Of a DNA stretch of 36,017 nucleotides, positions 8,774-15,562 are shown one piece after another. This DNA is from an uncultured Bacteroidales bacterium. Lineage in GTDB: Bacteria; Bacteroidota; Bacteroidia; Bacteroidales; CAZZDX01. The notes under the pieces were generated by a model. The model was given only the letters and a program-made list of their open reading frames with translations, searched no databases and was not told the origin of the DNA. Location of the stretch: positions 1 to 36,017 of the forward strand of contig CAZZDX010000001.1 in NCBI GenBank assembly GCA_964653185.1. Direction: 5' to 3'. Position numbers and translations under genes: made by a program. The stretch's first letter is position 1. Each line of letters begins with the position of its first letter.

Positions 8774-9799
8774 ATGACAATAACTGACAATCCAAATAAA
8801 TCAAATTTTCTTCTTTACTCAACTGATAAGGGAAAAGTAAGCGTAGATGTATTTGTAAAAAACGAAACCGTATGGCTTACTCAAAAGGCAATGAGCCAAC
8901 TTTTTGGAGTTGAAAGTAATACCATTACGTATCACTTAAAAGAGATTTATAAGTCAAGAGAATTGGAAGAAGAGGCAACTACTCGAAAAATTCGAGCAGT
9001 TCAAACAGAAGGGAAACGAGAAGTAAGTAGAAATCTTGATTTTTACAACCTTGATGCCATCATTTCAGTTGGCTATCGTGTAAACTCATACAATGCTACA
9101 CAATTCCGCATTTGGGCAACCAAAACCTTAAAAGAGTTTATCATTAAAGGTTTTGTATTGGATGATGAACGCCTTAAACAAGGCAATCAAATTTTTGGTA
9201 AAGATTATTTTAATGAACTTTTGGAACGGATTAGAGAAATCCGTGCCAGTGAACGTAGATTTTATCAAAAAATTACAGATATATACGCCCTTTCTGCCGA
9301 TTATGATAATAAAGCACCCGTTACAAAAGAATTCTTTGCCTCTGTTCAAAACAAACTGCATTGGGCAATTACTGGGAAAACAGCTGCTGAAATTATTTAT
9401 AATTCTGCCAATGCCACTAAATTATATATGGGATTAACCAATTGGAAACAAGCCCCTGATGGAAAAATTTTAAAATCAGATATTACAGTCGCCAAAAATT
9501 ATTTAAACAAAGCACATATTGACGAACTAAATCAGATTGTTTCTGCATATCTAGATTTAGCTGAAAATAGAGCTAAACGACAAATTCTAATGAAAATGGA
9601 TGACTGGATAAATTTTTTACATAGCTTTTTGGAACTGTCCAACTATCCAATTTTACAGGATAAAGGCAAAATATCTGCTTTAGAAGCCAAATTAAAGGCA
9701 GAACAAGAATTTGAAAAATTCAGAAGAATACAAGATGAAAATTTTGTTTCCGATTTTGATAAAGAAATAAAACGAATTACAGGCAAAAATTATGAGTAA
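8774..9799 (+). CDS. RhuM-family virulence/Fic-DOC-associated protein
   Basis: Strong resemblance to RhuM family signatures: ETVWLTQKAMSQLF, YNLDAIISVGYRVNS..ATQFRIWATKTLKEFIIKGF, ERIREIRASERRFYQKITDIYA, VQNKLHWAITGKTAAEII. Confidence 0.85.
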   Translation: MTITDNPNKSNFLLYSTDKGKVSVDVFVKNETVWLTQKAMSQLFGVESNTITYHLKEIYKSRELEEEATTRKIRAVQTEGKREVSRNLDFYNLDAIISVGYRVNSYNATQFRIWATKTLKEFIIKGFVLDDERLKQGNQIFGKDYFNELLERIREIRASERRFYQKITDIYALSADYDNKAPVTKEFFASVQNKLHWAITGKTAAEIIYNSANATKLYMGLTNWKQAPDGKILKSDITVAKNYLNKAHIDELNQIVSAYLDLAENRAKRQILMKMDDWINFLHSFLELSNYPILQDKGKISALEAKLKAEQEFEKFRRIQDENFVSDFDKEIKRITGKNYE

Positions 9800-9802
9800 T
9801 AC

Positions 9803-10015
9803 CCGACCTGCTATCAATTATCTCAATATAATTCACTTCGTTCTTATATTGAGATTGATAATCTGTCGGCATTAACCAAACCAATGCCATCAAAATATTT
9901 TCAATATCTTGATGGCGGTTTGGTATTATCAGTTACTCCGCCATTTATGACGGAGGCTTAAGATAAAAGCCATTTTAGGGCTTTAGCCCAAAATAAAAAT
10001 CAGTCGGACGACTGA
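9803..10015. repeat. string of five short hairpins downstream of rhuM
   Basis: Hairpin 1: CCGAC...TCTCAATATAA-(12 nt)-TTATATTGAGA...GTCGG (9803-9869). Hairpin 2: GGCATT/AATGCC (9868-9888). Hairpin 3: ATGGCGG/CCGCCAT (9912-9944). Hairpin 4: GGGCTTTAGCCC (9978-9989). Hairpin 5: TCAGTCG-GA-CGACTGA (10000-10015). Confidence 0.7.
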
Positions 10016-10368
10016 CCAATAAAACACTATTACATTTGTAAGCAAAAAGAATATACAAACAATAAAAAAATTAGATATTAGAATACTGATAATAAGCATA
10101 TTAGAATAACAAATTGAAATAAACGGAATTATTACAAAAAACTATTTTTATTTAATATAATATTTATTACTAAATTTGTTGCTAAAAAGTTATAACAAAT
10201 TTATTTTAGTTTATATTAGTAACAAAATTAAAAAATTATAATATTGATAATCAACAGTTTAAGCTCAAGATTTGGAATAAACGAAATTCAAATATTAACC
10301 AAAACTATATGCGAAATAAACCCAATTGGGTTTATACAATCGTTATATGCTATTGAAAAAAACACAAA

Positions 10369-10944
10369 ATGACAAACACGACACTTTATTATTTATTCAG
10401 TACAATTGCTCAAGTACTGGCAGCGATTTCAGCTTTATTAGCTGTATTTACTCATTTTAAAATAAATGAGATTAGAGAATTTCTGGTTGGTGACGGGAAA
10501 GCTACATTCGAAAGAATGAAACTAAAGGAATCAGGTTATGACCTTCAAACAGAATATAAAAAATATCTTGACAGACTTCGAGACTCAATAGGTAGAAAAA
10601 GCATATTAGGGATTCTTCAAGTAATACAAGTATTAGCAAAATATGAGGAAGACCGAGGTAAGACAATTGAGACAAATCCAAGAGGTTTGCGATATTTAGA
10701 AAATGGTTTTAATTACAGAATGCTACAAATAAAAAAAATAAAATCCTTGACTAAAAAATCTTTAATATTTGCATTTATTGCAATTTTCGTAGCACTAATT
10801 TCATTGATTTTTGTTGAGAATATTAAAGACATGTGCGCACTCAAATTGATTATAATAGTTGCAATAATTATTTTGACATCACTTTCTATGAGATCTACAA
10901 TACTGGGAATATATGAAGGATTGAAGGAACAAAAAGATGTATAA
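10369..10944 (+). CDS. hypothetical membrane protein (1 N-terminal and 2 C-terminal TM helices, about 100-aa soluble middle)
   Basis: ORF of 191 aa with hydrophobic segments LYYLFSTIAQVLAAISALLAVF, LIFAFIAIFVALISLIFV and LIIIVAIIILTSL. I recognise no family. Its coding status rests on ORF length and plausible composition only. Confidence 0.5.
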   Translation: MTNTTLYYLFSTIAQVLAAISALLAVFTHFKINEIREFLVGDGKATFERMKLKESGYDLQTEYKKYLDRLRDSIGRKSILGILQVIQVLAKYEEDRGKTIETNPRGLRYLENGFNYRMLQIKKIKSLTKKSLIFAFIAIFVALISLIFVENIKDMCALKLIIIVAIIILTSLSMRSTILGIYEGLKEQKDV

Positions 10945-10966
10945 TTCAACAGCATATAACATGGAT

Positions 10967-11069
10967 TTGCTGCAAGCGGGGCGCGGGGTTTTAGGACAAT
11001 TTTAGTTCTTTTAATTATCTTTGGTGTATTAGGACAGGAAACGGCTTTTAATCGCCCCGCCAGCAGCAA
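10967..11069. other. GC-rich long-range helix enclosing about 70 nt (candidate structured RNA or REP-like element)
   Basis: TTGCTGCAAGCGGGGCG (10967-10983) pairs with CGCCCCGCCAGCAGCAA (11053-11069) as 8 bp + 2x2 internal loop + 7 bp. The loop contains TTAGGACA twice. It is a GC island in an AT-rich spacer between the 3-TM gene and hsdM. Confidence 0.45.
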
Positions 11070-11265
11070 GCCCAGTAACGTCAGATTGTCTAAAAACTAA
11101 TAAAAAAGCAAAATAAATTTGATTGTAAAAAATATAAATCATTGATTATCAATATAATATGATATAATGTTTTTATAAAAAATCAATAGTTTTGGGTCTT
11201 TAGAATAGCACATTTGGTTAATGATACTTTTACCTTTTTGAATTAAAATTAGAGAATAAAAATAT

Positions 11266-12720
11266 ATGTTTGAACAAACTTTTAAAAATATAGACGACAT
11301 ACTGCACAAAGATGCAGGTTGTGGAAGTGAATTAGATTACGTAGAACAGACCTCTTGGGTGTTGTTTTTAAAATATCTTGACGATTTAGAAAAAGATAAG
11401 CAGACAGCAGCTGAACTAACAGGGAAAACCTACACCAATATTATTACTACTGAATTTCAATGGACAGTTTGGGCAGCACCTAAATTGAAAAGTGGAAAAA
11501 TTGACCACAATGCTTTAACAGGCGACGACCTTGCCGATTTTGTGAATATGAAACTATTCCCTTATCTCAAAAAATTTAAGACATCTGCCGAAAGTGCCGA
11601 TACTATTGAATATAAAATTGGCGAGATTTTTAGCGAACTAAAAAACAGAATACAAAGTGGTTACACTCTGCGAGGAGTTATTGATTTAGTTGACCAACTC
11701 CGTTTTAGAACCCACGTTGAAAAGCACGAAATGAGCCACTTGTATGAAAGCAAAATCAAAAATATGGGTAACGCAGGGCGTAATGGTGGCGAATACTACA
11801 CTCCACGACCTTTGATAAAAGCCATTGTTAAAGTGGTCGATCCCGAAATAGGAAACACAATTTATGATGGTGCGGCTGGTTCAGCAGGTTTCCTTGTTGA
11901 AGCCTTTAACTATTTAAAACAAAGTAAAAAGCTTACTACTAATGATGTTACCACCTTACAGAAAAAAACCTTTTACGGCAAAGAAAAAAAATCATTGGCT
12001 TACATTATTGGCATAATGAATATGATTTTGCACGGAGTAGAAGCACCAAATATTGTGCATACCAATACCCTTGCTAAAAACCTTGCCGACATACAGGAAA
12101 AAGACCGGTACGATATTGTATTGGCTAATCCTCCTTTTGGTGGAAAAGAAAGAGCCGAAGTACAACAAAACTTTCCCATCAAAACTGGCGAAACTGCCAG
12201 TTTGTTTTTACAGCACTTTATTAAAATTTTAAAAGCAGGTGGAAAAGCTGGTGTAGTTATTAAAAATACTTTTTTAAGTAATACTGATAATGCTTCTATT
12301 AGTTTGCGAAAATTACTTTTAAAAAGTAGCAACCTACATACGATACTTGATTTACCGGGTGGAACATTTACAGGTGCAGGAGTAAAAACCGTTGTCTTGT
12401 TTTTTGAAAAAGGTTTATCCACTAAAAAAACTTGGTTTTACCAAATGAATTTAGATAGAAACCTTGGAAAAACTGACCCGCTGAATGAAAAAGATTTAGC
12501 CGAATTTGTAGAACTGCAAAAAACAAAAGCCGAAAGCGAAAACTCATGGACGATAAACATAAAAGACGTTGACCAAACTACATTTGACCTGAGTGCCAAA
12601 AACCCAAACACACCCGAAGAAACTCCTTTACGCCAACCACACAAAATTTTAGAAGAAATGAAAGCTTTGGACATGGAAAGTACTTTGATAATAGGAAGTT
12701 TAAAATTATTAATTGATTAA
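11266..12720 (+). CDS. hsdM: type I restriction-modification system, DNA methyltransferase subunit M (N6-adenine)
   Basis: HsdM N-terminal domain (LDYVEQTSWVLFLKYLDD), SAM motif I DGAAGSAGFL, and catalytic motif IV NPPFGG at 12127-12144. Confidence 0.93.
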   Translation: MFEQTFKNIDDILHKDAGCGSELDYVEQTSWVLFLKYLDDLEKDKQTAAELTGKTYTNIITTEFQWTVWAAPKLKSGKIDHNALTGDDLADFVNMKLFPYLKKFKTSAESADTIEYKIGEIFSELKNRIQSGYTLRGVIDLVDQLRFRTHVEKHEMSHLYESKIKNMGNAGRNGGEYYTPRPLIKAIVKVVDPEIGNTIYDGAAGSAGFLVEAFNYLKQSKKLTTNDVTTLQKKTFYGKEKKSLAYIIGIMNMILHGVEAPNIVHTNTLAKNLADIQEKDRYDIVLANPPFGGKERAEVQQNFPIKTGETASLFLQHFIKILKAGGKAGVVIKNTFLSNTDNASISLRKLLLKSSNLHTILDLPGGTFTGAGVKTVVLFFEKGLSTKKTWFYQMNLDRNLGKTDPLNEKDLAEFVELQKTKAESENSWTINIKDVDQTTFDLSAKNPNTPEETPLRQPHKILEEMKALDMESTLIIGSLKLLID

Positions 12721-12724
12721 TATT

Positions 12725-13744
12725 ATGGATAACAAATTGGATAAATTCAATAATAATTACCAAAATCTGTTAAGCCGGATTTCTGACACTTACGCATACG
12801 GGCATCAGAAAGCTGTTATGGCTGTTAATTCAAATATGGTTGAAACATATTGGAAGATTGGGCAATATATTGTTGAATTTGAACAAGGTGGTAGCTTTAA
12901 GGCGAAATACGGTAAAGCACTTTTAGAAAATCTTTCTAAAGATTTATCTCAATTACATGGCAAAGGATTTAGCCGTTCTAATCTTAACTATATGAGGTTG
13001 TTTTATCATCGTTATCCAATTTGTGAGGAGCTTCCTCACAAATTGAGCTGGACACATTTTTGTGAATTGATAAAAATTGATAACCCTTTAGAACGTTTAT
13101 TTTATGAAAAGCAAACTATCATTGAAAACTGGAGTACAACCGATTTAATTAGACAAAAAAAATCCTCTTTATTTTTACGTTTAGCTGCTTCAAAAGATAA
13201 AGAAGGTATTTTACTTCTATCCAAACAAGGCCAAATTGTACAGCAGCCGACAGATATTATCAGAGATCCTTGTGTACTTGAATTTCTTAATATCCCTGAA
13301 CCTTATCATTTAACCGAAACCGATTTGGAAAAACGGCTGATTGACCATTTACAGCAGTTCTTGCTTGAGTTAGGTAAAGGGTTTGCTTTTATAGGCAGGC
13401 AGTATCGTATTACTCTGGGAAACCGAAATCACTATGTTGATTTGGTTTTTTATCACCGTATTTTGAAATGTTTTGTATTGATTGACCTGAAAAAAGAAGA
13501 AGCCGGATATGAAGACGTTGGGCAGATGAATATGTATCTTGGTTATTTTGAGAACGAAGAAAATACTGAAGGCGACAACCCGCCGGTTGGCATTGTTCTG
13601 GCAAAAGAAAAAGACAATTTGCTCGTGCAATATGCTTTGCACAATATATCATCACAGCTTTTTATAAATAAATATCAACTATATTTGCCCAACAAAGAGG
13701 ACCTAAGGCACTTGATTGAAACACAATTAAAGGATAATGACTGA
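12725..13744 (+). CDS. DUF1016/YhcG-family PD-(D/E)XK nuclease
   Basis: YhcG-like N-terminal helical region (ETYWKIGQYIVE...GFSRSNLNYMRLFY) and a C-terminal nuclease core (YVDLVFYHRILKCFVLIDLKK). I prefer the ATG at 12725 to the TTG at 12713. The stop overlaps the hsdS ATG by 8 nt. Confidence 0.8.
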   Translation: MDNKLDKFNNNYQNLLSRISDTYAYGHQKAVMAVNSNMVETYWKIGQYIVEFEQGGSFKAKYGKALLENLSKDLSQLHGKGFSRSNLNYMRLFYHRYPICEELPHKLSWTHFCELIKIDNPLERLFYEKQTIIENWSTTDLIRQKKSSLFLRLAASKDKEGILLLSKQGQIVQQPTDIIRDPCVLEFLNIPEPYHLTETDLEKRLIDHLQQFLLELGKGFAFIGRQYRITLGNRNHYVDLVFYHRILKCFVLIDLKKEEAGYEDVGQMNMYLGYFENEENTEGDNPPVGIVLAKEKDNLLVQYALHNISSQLFINKYQLYLPNKEDLRHLIETQLKDND

Positions 13745-14906
13745 TATGAAACAGAACTGGGAAATAAAAAAGTTGGGGGAAGTTGCAAAATTCCAAAGAG
13801 GATTGACATACTCTAAAAAAGATGAGGTTGATATTTCTGAAAATATTGTATTAAGAGCGACTAATATTAATTTAGAAGATAGCAAACTTGACTTATCTGA
13901 GTTAAAATATATAAATGAAAATATTAAAATAAAAGACGAGAAGGTTATTAAAAAAAATGCTTTGTTAATTTGCTTATCAAGTGGTAGTAAAAAACATTTA
14001 GGTAAAGTAGCGTTAGTTGATGATGATTATGGTTATGCTTTTGGTGGTTTTATTGGACAAATAATACCCAATAAAAGTACTTACCCAAAATACTTGTTTT
14101 ATGCATTAATTTCTGATACTTATAAAAAATACATATTTGAATTATCTGATGGTGCAAATATTAACAATTTAAAATCCAAAGATTTACAAGCATTTCAAAT
14201 TCCACTTCCACCACTTCCAGAGCAACAACGCATAGTAGCCATTTTAGACAAAGCCTTTGCCGAAATAGCCAAAGCAAAAGCCAATGCCGAACAAAACCTT
14301 AAAAACGCCAAAGAACTTTTTGAGAGTTATTTGAATGGGATGTTTGAGAATAAAGGCGAGGGGTGGGAAGAAAAGACATTAAATGATGTTTGTGAAGAAT
14401 TGTTTGCAGGTGGAGATGTGCCAAAAAATAATTCATCAAAATTTGAAACTAAAATATTTAATATTCCAATTTTTTCTAATGGCGAAAAAAACAAAGGATT
14501 ATACGGATATACTAATATTGTAAGAGTAGCAAAACCAAGTATTACAATATCCGCAAGAGGTACAATTGGTTATTCAGAAATAAGAAAAGAAGCATTTTAT
14601 CCTGCAATTCGTTTAATAGTTGTGACTCCAAAAATTGATATTGTTGATTTGACATATTTGAAATATGTAATAAGTGAAATTAATTTTAAATATAGCGGTT
14701 CATCAATACCTCAATTAACGGTTCCAATGATTAAAGGGTATCCTATTTCTTATCCTTCATTAAAACAACAAAAATTTATAGTTCAAAAACTTGATGCTTT
14801 ATCAGCCGAAACTAAAAAATTAGAAGCTATTTATCAAAAGAAAATTGTAAATTTGCAAGAATTGAAAAAATCAGTTTTACAAAAAGCGTTTAGGGGAGAG
14901 TTGTAA
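13737..14906 (+). CDS. hsdS: type I restriction-modification system, specificity subunit S
   Basis: Two target-recognition domains separated by the conserved helical spacers LPPLPEQQRIVAILD...AEQNLKNAKELFES and LKQQKFIVQKLD...LQELKKSVLQKAF. Confidence 0.9.
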   Translation: MTDMKQNWEIKKLGEVAKFQRGLTYSKKDEVDISENIVLRATNINLEDSKLDLSELKYINENIKIKDEKVIKKNALLICLSSGSKKHLGKVALVDDDYGYAFGGFIGQIIPNKSTYPKYLFYALISDTYKKYIFELSDGANINNLKSKDLQAFQIPLPPLPEQQRIVAILDKAFAEIAKAKANAEQNLKNAKELFESYLNGMFENKGEGWEEKTLNDVCEELFAGGDVPKNNSSKFETKIFNIPIFSNGEKNKGLYGYTNIVRVAKPSITISARGTIGYSEIRKEAFYPAIRLIVVTPKIDIVDLTYLKYVISEINFKYSGSSIPQLTVPMIKGYPISYPSLKQQKFIVQKLDALSAETKKLEAIYQKKIVNLQELKKSVLQKAFRGEL

Positions 14907-14908
14907 TT

Positions 14909-15472
14909 ATGGCAAAATACAACCCAAATATACATCACCGTAAATCAATTCGATTGAAAGGATATGATTATTCGCAGGCAGGATTGTATTTCGTAACGAT
15001 ATGTTGTAAAAACAGAGAATATATGTTTGGTAATGTTAAAAATGGAAAAATGATATTGAATGATGCCGGTAAAATGGTTGAAAATGAATGGTTGAAATTA
15101 CCGAAACGATTTCAAAATATTGAATTACACGAATACACCGTAATGCCAAACCATTTTCATTCAATATTGGAAATCGTAGGGGCGACCCTCATGGTCGCCC
15201 AAAATGATAAAGGGCAACCACAAGGGATTGCCACAACGATTGCCCCAACATTGGGTGATATATTAGGGGCATTTCAATCAATCGTAACGGTTGAATATAT
15301 TCGTGGCGTGAAAAATAAAAAATGGAAACCATTTGATGGTAAATTGTGGCAACGAAATTATTGGGAACATATAATTCGTAATGAGAAATCGTATAATACA
15401 ATTTCGGAATATATAAAAAACAATCCTAAAAAATGGAATGACGATAAATTTTATTCAAATAATGAAAATTGA
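14909..15472 (+). CDS. IS200-like Y1 HUH transposase family protein, RAYT-like (REP-associated tyrosine transposase type)
   Basis: HUH motif in VMPNHFHSILEI and a C-terminal catalytic-Tyr region LWQRNYWEHIIRNEKSY..YIKNNPKKW. About 187 aa. Starts 2 nt after the hsdS stop. No TnpB and no IS ends are evident. Confidence 0.8.
   Translation: MAKYNPNIHHRKSIRLKGYDYSQAGLYFVTICCKNREYMFGNVKNGKMILNDAGKMVENEWLKLPKRFQNIELHEYTVMPNHFHSILEIVGATLMVAQNDKGQPQGIATTIAPTLGDILGAFQSIVTVEYIRGVKNKKWKPFDGKLWQRNYWEHIIRNEKSYNTISEYIKNNPKKWNDDKFYSNNEN
15176..15200 (+). repeat. GTAG-prefixed GC hairpin lying in-frame inside the RAYT-like gene
   Basis: GTAG (15176-15179) followed by GGGCGACC-CTCAT-GGTCGCCC (15180-15200). 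The segment up to about 15250 is conspicuously GC-rich relative to the rest of the gene and encodes the linker VGATLMVAQNDKGQPQGIATTIAPT. Confidence 0.6.
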
Positions 15473-15495
15473 CAATGATATAAAATTCTACCTAT

Positions 15496-15560
15496 GGACA
15501 AATTGTCCCCATGTAGCAATACAAAATTCAGTTGTCCCCAATTTGGGTACGGTTGAAATA
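15496..15560 (+). repeat. hairpin GGACAA-A-TTGTCC plus a TTGTCCCCA direct repeat in the RAYT-hsdR spacer
   Basis: GGACAAATTGTCC at 15496-15508. TTGTCCCCA at 15503-15511 and 15552-15560. A related TTGTCCCCGCC occurs in the hairpin at 23132-23169. Confidence 0.5.
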
Positions 15561-15562
15561 GA

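Noticed and set aside
10713-11069. 118-aa minus-strand ORF overlapping the 3-TM gene and the GC-rich helix
   Set aside because: Its N-terminus is simply a read-through of the GC-rich palindromic element, and the remainder is antisense to the better-supported plus-strand membrane protein.
14909-15472. Complete IS200/IS605 insertion sequence
   Set aside because: There is no tnpB and no recognisable subterminal left and right end hairpins framing the gene. The gene is packed 2 nt behind hsdS, so I treat it as a RAYT-like or domesticated copy instead.
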